A stretch of DNA of 26,353 nt. Origin: a virus. Its lineage: Duplodnaviria; Caudoviricetes. The position numbers and the translations under genes are program-made. Below the pieces are notes generated by a model. It ran no database searches. It was not told where the DNA came from and worked only from the letters and a program-made list of their open reading frames with translations. Shown here in pieces: positions 15,601-25,256 of this stretch. The DNA lies in the IMG/VR virus record IMGVR_UViG_3300048598_000020, positions 1 to 26,353 of that record. One strand, written 5' to 3'. Numbering within the stretch: position 1 is the first letter of the stretch; each line of letters starts with the position of its first letter.

Positions 15601-17970
15601 TTATGATGGTATAAAGATCAATCCGCTGAACCCAATCCTAGAGTAGATGCCTTGCTGCAGTGGACCCCTGTTCCTAAAAATATCATACCAAGTCATACAA
15701 GGCCCATGGGCACTAATAGACAAGTCTGCTGTTGGATCAGGTGTACCAAAAATCAAATCTGCGCCTGTTCCACGGGCTTGCGTCTGAGGTGTACCACCAG
15801 TAAAATAAAATTCTCCAGTACCTTTTCCAATAACTCCTTGTGGTATGTTGACAGGGAAAGATGTAGTTGTATTTGCTACACCGTTTGTCCAACATTCTGC
15901 CAAGTCACATACACCAGCAAAAAACTTATTATTACCAGCTATCCATTTGGATGCCGAAGGTGTTAGTGGTGTTACATAAATAGGGCAAGAGTTATTATTA
16001 TTATCAGGTTCTGGTATCCAACCACCAGGAGAGTAGTCCCACCATATCTGCAGGTTGATCATCCCCAATCTACTTGTTATTGGTATGATAGATATTCCTG
16101 CTGTATATGATGGAGAAAAAGCATATAGATTGTGCAGATTTATCGTGAAGTCTGTGCCTTGGATGAGATCAATTCTATTGCTTCCTGGTTCAATGTAACC
16201 GTTAGGATCAGTATACAAGAATGCGGCACTCTTCATCTCTGGCAAGCATGGAGAATACAGAAAAGGCTTTGCATAAGCACCGTTCTCGCCAACTTCATAA
16301 AGATTGAATCCAATGATATTAGATACTGCTGCATTAATCCTAGCACTGATTGTTGCAGAATGTCCTGTTACTAATGCTGGTGACGTCCAATACTGTACGT
16401 TAGCTGCGGCATATTGCGAATAAACAGCAGTCTTACCTGTAGCTGATGGAAGTGTTATGCCTGTAACTTCGATATATGATCCATCGGAATCAGCAGTAGC
16501 TGTAATTGTTGTAATAAGAGTTGTTGAATTGTATATCTTGAATACATCACCAGTCTTTATTGGTGCAAACGCACGATCCAGAGCGAGCTTGTTATTTGCG
16601 TAATCTGCTGTGATTGTCCTGCTTGAGCCTAAACCATTGTAGTAGTTGTACACATGAGCATCATTAATATCAAGAGTACCTGTTACATCAAGGTTTACAT
16701 ACAGATTCAAGATACCTTTTCCATGTATTGACAGATTAGGAAATGTTCCCATGGCCGTATATACTGTGTATGACTTACCCTCCGAGAGCAGGAGGTGTCC
16801 TCCCAGCGATGCCAGCTTAATTTCAAACCACCAATCAGACGATTCAGTCCCGAACCAATCTGGAGCCATGTAGGTACTACCGAAATCCATAGTATAAGAT
16901 GTATTAGTACGGACAAAGTCAAATATCTGATAAGGGACGTCAGGGAGCACAATATTCGGCATTGATATGCCCATAGCACCTGATCCTGTTGCAGAAATCT
17001 TAGCTTGATTTGCAAATGTGATTGGGTTATCAGTAGATATGGTTTGACTTGCAACATTTAACGTGCGGTCAACTACCAATAACTGCTCCGAACCTGCAGG
17101 AGAAGCTAAGAATTTGGTTAGCACATCATCGTCTGATATGTCAGCAAAGAGCGTTACATTGATATTCTGTGCAGCAGATGGATCAATAGATGCTGTGATG
17201 TTCTGACCAAAGAGGCTAGTTGTACCTGGGAGAAGATTGCTGCCAGAAGCGAAGGTAACACGTATGCTGGTGCCTGATACAAAGCTGCCAGTACCGCAGA
17301 CGGAAGCATATTGGGGTACAGTGACGTTACTTGTGATGTATACCTTACCGTTGACGCGAAGGGGTATCTTAAGAGCTGCAGATGCCCGTAGAGCTACAGT
17401 AACATAAGTATTCTGTGTCACCAACGCATTATATGTGACACCATACCAACGCGGATCCAAAAACCCATCTACGATCCTGCGCCAGACCATGGATCCAGAG
17501 GTATTTGTAAGGATGGTACCATCATCATCAGTTAGTGTTGATCCAGGTACAAGCTCAAACAGACCTTCCCCACCGTCTCCTGGGGTATTTCGTCCTATGC
17601 AATAGGCCACTGTCACATTTCCTGACAGAGCACGTATATCTGCATAAGTTCCTACAAAAGTATAACCAATGCTGGAACTAGGGTCTTCTCCGCCACCGGA
17701 TCCTAGACCATCTACAGGAGCTACGATCTGAACACCATTATGATCTGATACGCGGATGCGGTACAAGCCTAGTCCATAGATTGCTCCAGGCCATCCTGAT
17801 GCGTCGCAGATGACTGGATTGGTACGGGGTATGGTACACGCTAGATCGCTATAGACAGCTTTTCCGATGTCATTGCCAGACTCGGAGAAGAAGAGCTGTG
17901 CTCCAGAGGCAACCTTGGCATTATTGGTGAATTCACGCATGATAACAGGAGTTAGAAGAGTACCAGACAT
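15601..17970 (-). CDS. Tailspike-like protein (789 aa)
   Basis: N-terminal domain paralogous to 12427..15588 (NPVICDASG, YRIRVSD..G); GRNTPGDGGEGLF...DDGTI...WRR...PRWYG tailspike motif, then beta-rich body. Confidence 0.8.
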   Translation of the reverse strand: MSGTLLTPVIMREFTNNAKVASGAQLFFSESGNDIGKAVYSDLACTIPRTNPVICDASGWPGAIYGLGLYRIRVSDHNGVQIVAPVDGLGSGGGEDPSSSIGYTFVGTYADIRALSGNVTVAYCIGRNTPGDGGEGLFELVPGSTLTDDDGTILTNTSGSMVWRRIVDGFLDPRWYGVTYNALVTQNTYVTVALRASAALKIPLRVNGKVYITSNVTVPQYASVCGTGSFVSGTSIRVTFASGSNLLPGTTSLFGQNITASIDPSAAQNINVTLFADISDDDVLTKFLASPAGSEQLLVVDRTLNVASQTISTDNPITFANQAKISATGSGAMGISMPNIVLPDVPYQIFDFVRTNTSYTMDFGSTYMAPDWFGTESSDWWFEIKLASLGGHLLLSEGKSYTVYTAMGTFPNLSIHGKGILNLYVNLDVTGTLDINDAHVYNYYNGLGSSRTITADYANNKLALDRAFAPIKTGDVFKIYNSTTLITTITATADSDGSYIEVTGITLPSATGKTAVYSQYAAANVQYWTSPALVTGHSATISARINAAVSNIIGFNLYEVGENGAYAKPFLYSPCLPEMKSAAFLYTDPNGYIEPGSNRIDLIQGTDFTINLHNLYAFSPSYTAGISIIPITSRLGMINLQIWWDYSPGGWIPEPDNNNNSCPIYVTPLTPSASKWIAGNNKFFAGVCDLAECWTNGVANTTTSFPVNIPQGVIGKGTGEFYFTGGTPQTQARGTGADLIFGTPDPTADLSISAHGPCMTWYDIFRNRGPLQQGIYSRIGFSGLIFIPS

Positions 17971-17982
17971 ACCAATATATAG
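17968..17982 (-). promoter_or_regulatory. Conserved CTATATATTGGT-ATG box, copy 2
   Basis: Exact 15-nt match to the other three copies. Confidence 0.8.
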
Positions 17983-17985
17983 CAG

Positions 17986-18028
17986 ATGAAGAAAAACTCT
18001 TGACAGAGCCGATTTTCTAGTGTATCTT
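17986..18028 (+). promoter_or_regulatory. Sigma70-type promoter TTGACA-17-TATCTT
   Basis: Consensus -35 at 18000-18005, -10 at 18023-18028, upstream ATGAAGAAAA. Confidence 0.75.
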
Positions 18029-18092
18029 TAGAAAAGTCGAACAACTTCTTCTTGTCGCACAACTCGCACAACTCTAACAACGGAACAACATC

Positions 18093-18230
18093 ATGGACGC
18101 AGGCGCAGTAGTAGCAATCGCATTACTCTTAGGATTTGCTCTAGTAGCAAAGTTTGGCTTAATCATTGTAGTACTGATGTGGGCAGATGACAAGCAAGAC
18201 AAACGGCAGCAACGGCAGCAACAAAAGTAA
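18093..18230 (+). CDS. Small membrane protein antisense to the late genes (45 aa, MDAGAVVAIALLLGFALVAKFGLIIVVLMWADDKQDKRQQRQQQK)
   Basis: Read by hand; fills the 17971-18234 gap, has its own promoter, ~28-residue hydrophobic stretch then polar tail. Confidence 0.7.
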   Translation: MDAGAVVAIALLLGFALVAKFGLIIVVLMWADDKQDKRQQRQQQK

Positions 18231-18234
18231 ATAG

Positions 18235-19425
18235 TTAGTTACCAGCAACCTTGTGAATAGCGTAGTCAGACAGAGATCCAGCAAGAGGTGTGAGTCCGCT
18301 GAACAGCGAACCAGCTTTACCAATAGCCTGCTGATTTCTGTTGACAAAATCAACAGCAGGATTAAGTAACTGGTTTACGATGTTCTTCTTAGCTATTGAT
18401 TTTGCATCAGTAGGGGCTAGTTCATTGTAGTAGTTGCGAATAAGTGGCTTAAGCTCGGGGCTTTGAGAATATAGATCTGCTAGCGTAGCTTCTTGATCTG
18501 TCATCCACTTAGCTGCGTCTAGGTTAGATATAGATGATGGGGCAACTTTATTTCCATACACAGTTGATGCCATGTACTGCTTGGCAACATCAAGTTGCTG
18601 TTGTGGCTTTACAGGACCTGCTCCTGGTGTAGGTGTAGGCCTTGCTGCTGTCCATGTGTAAGCAGTGTTCTCGTTAGGCAATACACGCATATCTTCAGGT
18701 GGCGTAGCCCACCGTACTCTACCTACGACGTCACCCTGAGCTTCGCGCTGTGCCTGTAAAGCAGCTTGGCGCGCAGCTAAATCATCTGCATTACTCACTG
18801 CTTTACCTGCCAAGTGGCCACCAATAAAACCACCAAGCCCGCCAGCCAAAGTTGATATGCCTGTTGATAATGGATCAACTGATCCATTTGCTAGCTTAGA
18901 TCGTGCTGCTTCGTATCCACCATTAATGGCAGCAGAAGCTAGACCCTTTACTATAGGCGAAAGAGCTGATCGTGCTATTTGGTAGTCACCTGCCATGGGA
19001 ATTGCTAAAGATCCAATGTTCAGCGCTGCTTTTATAGGATGCTGCTCAATGTCTGCTGCTGCACTGAATAATGCTCTCTTCAAGAAGTCCGGTGGGGTAG
19101 TCGCAAAAGGATCACCCATGCCTTGTTGCTGCTTGCTCGTTGCATCTTGTCCGGCATCTTGCTCAAAAAACATCTGACCATTAGTATCGCTATTAACAAA
19201 CAAAGGATCTTGCACGGGCTGCTGGGATTGTGGCTGTTGCGCTTGAGCTTTTCCATATGAGTTATAGAATGTACCTGAATCAGATACATCAGCGCCACCT
19301 TTTATGAGTGCTTGCCGCACATTCTCAGCATAAGTAGGATCTTGCATTTTTGATGCAAAGTTCTGCTTATCTACCTCTGCACCCATAGACTCAAGCGCGT
19401 TAGCAATGTCCGCGGTTGTTGCCAT
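18235..19425 (-). CDS. Putative internal virion / DNA ejection protein
   Basis: Ala/Gln/Gly-rich with GLGGFIGG segment; third of three coupled genes at the position of P22 ejection genes. Confidence 0.6.
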   Translation of the reverse strand: MATTADIANALESMGAEVDKQNFASKMQDPTYAENVRQALIKGGADVSDSGTFYNSYGKAQAQQPQSQQPVQDPLFVNSDTNGQMFFEQDAGQDATSKQQQGMGDPFATTPPDFLKRALFSAAADIEQHPIKAALNIGSLAIPMAGDYQIARSALSPIVKGLASAAINGGYEAARSKLANGSVDPLSTGISTLAGGLGGFIGGHLAGKAVSNADDLAARQAALQAQREAQGDVVGRVRWATPPEDMRVLPNENTAYTWTAARPTPTPGAGPVKPQQQLDVAKQYMASTVYGNKVAPSSISNLDAAKWMTDQEATLADLYSQSPELKPLIRNYYNELAPTDAKSIAKKNIVNQLLNPAVDFVNRNQQAIGKAGSLFSGLTPLAGSLSDYAIHKVAGN

Positions 19426-21620
19426 TAGAACTTACTCCCGGACAAAGGACCACGCTTTCCATATTTTGTCTTAGGTGTGAATGCTCCAGCCCCTGTTGGA
19501 CCTTGTTCATAAGCGCCGAAAGGACGCTTCAACCCGTAAGCACGAGCATCGGAGCCTGCTTTACCATTGGTGATGATGCCATTTGCCATTTCGTCTATCA
19601 GCCCAGCAAATTTATTAGGACCATTAGTTGTTATCACTTTACGGAAGAAATTTGCTGCATCGTAAGGTAGATCCTCAATTGTTTTGATAGTTGTGTGTGC
19701 CAACAAGTTACGCAAAGACGCAGGTGTCCCCAGGCTGTTAAGTATAGCTTCTGCGGCACCTACCGTATTGACATCGTCACTGGACAACATTTTGTGTAAA
19801 AACGTTGCAGTCCTTACAGCTAACTGATCTCTGTCCATCGTAGGGTTAGTTTTGATATCTCTTACAAGCGTCTTTGCAGATGTAACAATGCCTCTAGCCT
19901 CTTCAAGGCTTGCATCAACCTTTTGATACTCTGACGCATTGCTCATATTGACGCCTGCGTATCCCTTAGTTCGCAGATTGTCTACAGTTTCTTTTTGCAG
20001 CTTAAATTGCTCAGCAGCTCGTTCTGCCGCAGGTACTTCGATTCCAGCATACTTCTTCTGCGTCAGAATCTCTGCTAATGCTGTAGTATTGCCATCAGCT
20101 AGAGCCTTTGCTGCTGCTGTCTTGGCTGCTGCAACCTTAGCTTGATAATCCTGCTGAGCCTGCAGTGTACCAGTAGGATCTGGCTTGCCATCCTTAATCT
20201 GAGGTACTGGTTTGGGTATACCTGCTGCAGCTTGGTCTAATACAGCATTAACACCAGCTTGATCTCTGGACTTTCCAATCTTTGCTAGGGTAGCATCAAC
20301 ACCAGCCTTTAGATTAAGACCACCAGTCTTGACTACATTGCCATAATTAAAGTAATTGATATCGTCGTCAGAACCCTGTGTGCTAGGCATTGTGGGGGTA
20401 CCTGATCCAGAGTCTGCAAGACGTTCTAAGATGCTGCGACGATCCTGTGTAGATGTTATGGTCTGACTTTCGTCTTCGGGTGCTGGTGCAGTAAAAGTCC
20501 CACCATCATTGGCTTCTTCGTTCTTACCATTAACAATAACATCTGTTGGTCCTGCTGTCATAGCTTTTGCACCAGTAATAGGCTTAGGTGCAAAAACACT
20601 AGCCGAAGACGCTGAAGACGCTGAAGACGCTGAAGGAGCAGACGTTGGTTTGGATGGAGCAAAGGCAGATGCGCCAGCAGGACGCTGAGCAGTTCCTTTA
20701 ATTGGGACTATTCCTCTTTGAGTTGGTAAACCATAATATGTGTCGCTATAGTGAGGTTCATTCGGTACATAAGGTGCTGGATTGGTTTGAGAACCAACGG
20801 CTCCATTACCAGTTCCCTGATTTTCAGTAGTTGGAATATTTGGATTAGCTGTTTGGTCTTGTAAGAATTGTAATTTATTACCAGCTTGAACAACTCCAGC
20901 CTTTGGGTTATTTGCCAAGTATGCTTTATAGGCTGCGGCTGTTTTTGGACCCCACGTTCCATCTACATCACTACCAGTTAATCCAATTTGCTTTTGAATA
21001 GCTGCTGTGGTTGGAGATCCTTTACCCCATGCAGAAGCTCTAGCACCCATTGCATTTGTTTGAGTGTCTAAATCACTTGGTTGAGGAACTGCTCCATTCT
21101 GTGCTCTTGCCGCTGCCCTGGCACGCACTTCATCAGAAGTATTAGGAGAAGCATCTAAATCTAAAGTACTTGGACCTACAGGAGCACCTGCACCTTGTGC
21201 GTTATTGTACTGGATAGACTGACCGGGAGCTAAAGGCTGACCATCTATTGTGTTATACTGCCCTGCACCTGGAGTACCTGGAAGCTTGCTCTGATCACGC
21301 AGAGCATTAGGATCTAGGTTGTAAAGCTTCAGTAGATAGTTTGTATTAGCTTGGTTGGAAGCAGCAGCGTTTGTGTCGTTTTGGTTGCTTAGCCATGCCT
21401 TTACCGCATCTGGACCAATGCCTGCTGCAGCAGCTTCGTGGATGAAGCCAAACTGATCCATAGATCCATCATCATTGGTATGCTTGGACTGGATGTTACG
21501 TAGTGCTTGCTTGTTAGCCCAGTCAATCTGATCACGAGTACCTGTCTGAGCAGTGTTCAGGGCCTGTGCAGACTGCAGAGGATTCATACCACCGGTTACG
21601 TCTACAAAACTAGTAGGCAT
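19425..21620 (-). CDS. Putative DNA ejection protein containing a peptidoglycan-binding-like motif
   Basis: Low-complexity Ala/Pro/Gln-rich; IQKQIG...VDGTWGPKTAAA; gene order. Confidence 0.65.
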   Translation of the reverse strand: MPTSFVDVTGGMNPLQSAQALNTAQTGTRDQIDWANKQALRNIQSKHTNDDGSMDQFGFIHEAAAAGIGPDAVKAWLSNQNDTNAAASNQANTNYLLKLYNLDPNALRDQSKLPGTPGAGQYNTIDGQPLAPGQSIQYNNAQGAGAPVGPSTLDLDASPNTSDEVRARAAARAQNGAVPQPSDLDTQTNAMGARASAWGKGSPTTAAIQKQIGLTGSDVDGTWGPKTAAAYKAYLANNPKAGVVQAGNKLQFLQDQTANPNIPTTENQGTGNGAVGSQTNPAPYVPNEPHYSDTYYGLPTQRGIVPIKGTAQRPAGASAFAPSKPTSAPSASSASSASSASVFAPKPITGAKAMTAGPTDVIVNGKNEEANDGGTFTAPAPEDESQTITSTQDRRSILERLADSGSGTPTMPSTQGSDDDINYFNYGNVVKTGGLNLKAGVDATLAKIGKSRDQAGVNAVLDQAAAGIPKPVPQIKDGKPDPTGTLQAQQDYQAKVAAAKTAAAKALADGNTTALAEILTQKKYAGIEVPAAERAAEQFKLQKETVDNLRTKGYAGVNMSNASEYQKVDASLEEARGIVTSAKTLVRDIKTNPTMDRDQLAVRTATFLHKMLSSDDVNTVGAAEAILNSLGTPASLRNLLAHTTIKTIEDLPYDAANFFRKVITTNGPNKFAGLIDEMANGIITNGKAGSDARAYGLKRPFGAYEQGPTGAGAFTPKTKYGKRGPLSGSKF
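20605..20635. repeat. In-frame 9-bp tandem repeat (GAAGACGCT x3 + GAAG) encoding SAS repeats
   Basis: Read directly. Confidence 0.9.
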
Positions 21621-21623
21621 TAT

Positions 21624-22409
21624 TTACCCCCCCATCCCATAAATACTGTCAAGAGCAGATCCCGCAGAAGACTGCGAATTGGCAATATTGCCAAACGTGT
21701 TATTGATGCCAGAATTAAAGTTTTTGGCCTTGCTTGCATTAGTGTTCCAAGCAGCCTCCGCCTGACCAACATAATCATTGTTGATGCCTGTATTGTAACC
21801 AGACTGAAGCTGCTGGTTAGAGTTATTAGCAGACAACCCGGTATTAGCAAGATTTTGATAATTTTGGATCTGCTGCTGCTGGTAATCGTTGTTATTGGTG
21901 TAATCTTGCTGCTGCTGATTAAAGGTCTGGTTGTTACCCTGCAGCATCTGGTTGTAGGCATTGTTGTAGTTTGTCATGGCCAGATTTGCTGTATTGGCTG
22001 CCAAAGCTTTTGCTAATCCACCACCTGTGCCACCCGATGCAATGGCATTAGCTTCCATCGCCTTGTTGCTCTGATCGGTAGTATAAGCGGCAGATGGATT
22101 GAGATAGTTGGATATGGCGTTACTAGCAGAATTGTCTGTAACAGTAGGCGTTGCAGCCTGCTGCCGATTCACAATGCCACTAGTAAGACCATTGATACCA
22201 GTCTCCCCAGCCTCGGTATATGGCTGGTATGCAGTGTTAGCACCAGCAGCACCCTGCTGAAGAGTATTGATACCCTTGTTACTAAGATTCTGATAATCTT
22301 TATTTGCAGTGTTTAGGGAATCATTAGCTTGCATCATGCCGACATAATTGCCAACTGCGCTAGTCAATGCTCCTGATGATTTTCCAAGTGATCCAAATAG
22401 TCCAGCCAT
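21624..22409 (-). CDS. DNA ejection/pilot protein (P22 gp7-like)
   Basis: Gly/Ala-rich N-terminus, YQPYTEAG, Asn/Gln-rich, LANTGLSA; position after the gp10-like gene. Confidence 0.7.
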   Translation of the reverse strand: MAGLFGSLGKSSGALTSAVGNYVGMMQANDSLNTANKDYQNLSNKGINTLQQGAAGANTAYQPYTEAGETGINGLTSGIVNRQQAATPTVTDNSASNAISNYLNPSAAYTTDQSNKAMEANAIASGGTGGGLAKALAANTANLAMTNYNNAYNQMLQGNNQTFNQQQQDYTNNNDYQQQQIQNYQNLANTGLSANNSNQQLQSGYNTGINNDYVGQAEAAWNTNASKAKNFNSGINNTFGNIANSQSSAGSALDSIYGMGG

Positions 22410-22421
22410 ACCAATATATAG
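22407..22421 (-). promoter_or_regulatory. Conserved CTATATATTGGT-ATG box, copy 3
   Basis: The 12-mer is the whole intergenic space between TAA (22422-22424) and ATG. Confidence 0.8.
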
Positions 22422-22898
22422 TTAGTTGGTTATTGTGTATGTTAGATGTACAATGCGCCTACCAGACGGCACCGTTACTTGTGTTGTCCCTGCCATATAT
22501 TCTGTGTTCTCATATATAAAAGGTAACGCTGCTGTAAAGGGCAGCACAGCATTGAATGCTGCTGGTGACGCGCTTCCAAGATCATGAGAAATGCAGCACA
22601 AAGCACCACTAAGAATGTGAGTCAAAGTCTTACTCCATGTGCTTCCATTGTACAAGTAATTCTCTGTACCAATTGTACAAGTCTGACCAGCTACTGCATT
22701 AGTTGGATATGTAGTAACAGTTCCAAGGTAGTTGGTTGTCCCCGTCTCTGGTGCCTTGTTCTGGGGTGTGCTGGATCGTGTTGCAATATCACCAAGGTTC
22801 TTCAGGTACTTGATCCAAGCTATGGACATGGTACCATTAGTCATTATTGGTGTGTTGATGGGTATTGGGCTTGCTATTACTTTATCTGACATGATCAA
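22422..22898 (-). CDS. Virion structural protein downstream of the gp10-like gene
   Basis: ATGA-coupled; P....P.....G.M...W..YL N-terminal pattern. Confidence 0.65.
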   Translation of the reverse strand: MIMSDKVIASPIPINTPIMTNGTMSIAWIKYLKNLGDIATRSSTPQNKAPETGTTNYLGTVTTYPTNAVAGQTCTIGTENYLYNGSTWSKTLTHILSGALCCISHDLGSASPAAFNAVLPFTAALPFIYENTEYMAGTTQVTVPSGRRIVHLTYTITN

Positions 22899-24451
22899 AA
22901 CCTACAGGGTAGAGATTCAACGATAATACCAATCAAAATGACCTGTACAGGAGCTGTGACAGATATTCTCCACACCCTATTGCGACCAATGCCAGATGTG
23001 AATACTCGTGTACGCTTACCATAGTCACCCATGCGACCAAGAGGAGCATCTGTCTCACTAGACCAAAACTCCCCCGAATCATCAGACCAAGCTATCCAGC
23101 ACTTTGGCTCCATGGCATTGTCATACTTTGTGTCTTTGGGTAAACCGACGCCCTGTTGAAAAATAGGTTGTACGGCATTATACCGTACAAGATTTCCATT
23201 GTCAAATGAAATTGGACTTGTTTTGATACACTTGATGTAGTTTGTCAGCTCGTTATCAGGATTATCATTGAGGTAGTACGTTGGATCAAACTCAAACATT
23301 GTGCTGTGAGTGCTGTGACCAACGAGAAGTTTGTCGTAGTTATGGGTAGCATACAAAGCCTTGTGTGCTTCTACGAGACCAGTAGCTTGATTGAGATAAG
23401 TACGTTCATGCCATGAGTCTGTAACAGTATCGTAAGCAAAGGTACGATTGCCTTTTGGAAACTGCAGAACATAGAATGTATGGCCAGCCTGCGAATACGC
23501 ATAACCGATGGCATCCGAATATGTGTCCATTTCTTCAATGATCTGCTCAAGACCACGCTTACTGATACGTTTTGGTTGCATACCATCATTTGTAAAGACA
23601 CCTACTATGCCAGTACGATCAGATCCAAGCCAGAAGACATTGTTTGCAATGTTTACGATAGAACGCGGTGAACTGCAGCCAATCTGCATGATTGCACCAT
23701 CATAACGAGCATAGAGCTGTCCGTTGTAGTTGCCAGTATCGTAGGCTACTTCACACGTATTGAGCCCAAATAGCCATACATAGTTCTGGGCACAACACAG
23801 TCCTACAATATTATCAGCTTGTGCGAACTTGCGACCAGACTGAATTGGGTTCCAATATCCGTTCGGTACTGTTGGATCATAGTCTTTTGACGTGTTGTTG
23901 GCGTTATATGCGTAGTAAGGGTTAGAGTAGTAGTACTCGTTGGTATTAGGTACGTTGATAATGAACCGCGTGTCATTGTATGCTACGTGTGTTGGTGCAA
24001 GAGTACCGGACACATTGCCTGGGAAGTATTCGTCAGTAATCTGAGTAAAAGTTACTGTAGCATAATCAAAAATGTATCCTGCAGAACCGTCAACAAGCAT
24101 AAGCTGCTTGCCATTCTCAGCCATCTGTACTTGTTCGGTATTGGTAATGAGAGTACCAAGCTCTGTCTTCGCGCCATTCATGTCTATCTGGTAGAACTTG
24201 TTACCAAATACACCATATGTTGTGCCTGCAGCAGATGTGTACAAGCCACGGCAAGCACCCTTGTTAACTGTGTCTGTGGTGCCAAACTTGCGCATTCCAG
24301 GTATCTTCAGCAAGTAATACTGAGCCTTGGAGTTCTCGGACTGGGCTACCTCAAGATAAAGATTCTGACAGATCTCTATACCGAGAGAATAGAATGGAGA
24401 AGCATACGGCTTGGATCCGAGAGGAATGGTTGTAGATGTGATATGGGCCAT
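22895..24451 (-). CDS. Tail hub / packaged-DNA stabilization protein (P22 gp10-like)
   Basis: NLYLE, PG..., VQMAENG.QL..VDG, YSQAGHTFYVLQFP...T..YD.....WHER, WSDD.G..WS, G.MG.Y..R; ~520 aa. Confidence 0.85.
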   Translation of the reverse strand: MAHITSTTIPLGSKPYASPFYSLGIEICQNLYLEVAQSENSKAQYYLLKIPGMRKFGTTDTVNKGACRGLYTSAAGTTYGVFGNKFYQIDMNGAKTELGTLITNTEQVQMAENGKQLMLVDGSAGYIFDYATVTFTQITDEYFPGNVSGTLAPTHVAYNDTRFIINVPNTNEYYYSNPYYAYNANNTSKDYDPTVPNGYWNPIQSGRKFAQADNIVGLCCAQNYVWLFGLNTCEVAYDTGNYNGQLYARYDGAIMQIGCSSPRSIVNIANNVFWLGSDRTGIVGVFTNDGMQPKRISKRGLEQIIEEMDTYSDAIGYAYSQAGHTFYVLQFPKGNRTFAYDTVTDSWHERTYLNQATGLVEAHKALYATHNYDKLLVGHSTHSTMFEFDPTYYLNDNPDNELTNYIKCIKTSPISFDNGNLVRYNAVQPIFQQGVGLPKDTKYDNAMEPKCWIAWSDDSGEFWSSETDAPLGRMGDYGKRTRVFTSGIGRNRVWRISVTAPVQVILIGIIVESLPCRF

Positions 24452-25185
24452 TAGATGCCACCAAAGAAGTCGTACTCTGTGCCGCCAGTAAAGTCATTGC
24501 GTGTACGTTTCATTCCATTGAGAAGTCCACGCGCCTTGATGTGCTTACTCACACCGCTGAGCTGTATGATCAATCCCTGGGGTACATCCTGACCATACAT
24601 ACCGAGTAGCCGTGTAGCTAGCTCAAGATACAACATTTGGAAGTACTCAGGTGGATCAATGTATGGATCTGCAATGTTCTCGTAATCGGTGAAATACCTA
24701 CGTCCTTGGATTCTTACAGCCCAGCCTGCAGACAATCCTGGGTAGAAATACACATTCTGCAGAGGATACTCTGTATCAATGTATGCACTGTCAGGTACTG
24801 CATAGACATTCTGTACTATGTGTGCTCTGTATTCTTCGTAGGACTTGATAACTAGCGGGAAGTTGTTGTTTCCATTAGATGACATGTTCATCAGTACAAT
24901 TTGATCAATGCTGCTAGGCCTAATAGCTATATCACCAGCTACTGGATTAACTGGATCGCTGTAATCTGTACCAAGAGTGATGAACTGCTTATTAGTTGTT
25001 GCAGTGTATGTCTGATCATACTTGAGATTTGCCCTGTTATTGATGGCGTACTCGGCTCGAATAGCATTGAGTAGCATTAAGGCTTCTCGTGTTTGTGCAG
25101 GCGGAATGCCGTCGTTGAAATAGGCAACACCTGCTGTCCGCAGTGCCGAGAATATCAGATCGTAAACAATGAGCGTGCTAATCAT
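24451..25185 (-). CDS. Head-tail adaptor (P22 gp4-like position)
   Basis: DLI..ALR..GV...EAL..LN and PPEY...L...LA.RL...YG patterns; between capsid and gp10-like genes. Confidence 0.7.
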   Translation of the reverse strand: MISTLIVYDLIFSALRTAGVAYFNDGIPPAQTREALMLLNAIRAEYAINNRANLKYDQTYTATTNKQFITLGTDYSDPVNPVAGDIAIRPSSIDQIVLMNMSSNGNNNFPLVIKSYEEYRAHIVQNVYAVPDSAYIDTEYPLQNVYFYPGLSAGWAVRIQGRRYFTDYENIADPYIDPPEYFQMLYLELATRLLGMYGQDVPQGLIIQLSGVSKHIKARGLLNGMKRTRNDFTGGTEYDFFGGI

Positions 25186-25197
25186 ACCAATATATAG
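25183..25197 (-). promoter_or_regulatory. Conserved CTATATATTGGT-ATG box, copy 4
   Basis: Exact match; begins 2 nt after the U-tract of the capsid terminator. Confidence 0.8.
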
Positions 25198-25199
25198 CT

Positions 25200-25232
25200 A
25201 AAAAGAAAGCCCCACATTTCTGCAGGGCTCTC
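25200..25232 (-). terminator. Intrinsic terminator after the capsid gene
   Basis: Minus strand GAGAGCCCTGCA-GAAA-TGTGGGGCTTTC then TTTTT. Confidence 0.85.
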
Positions 25233-25256
25233 ATCATGAAGAATACTGTACAACTA

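Noticed and set aside
21507-22016. ORFs 21507..22016 (+) and 21620..21961 (-)
   Set aside because: Alternative-frame products of the Asn/Gln-rich ejection gene.
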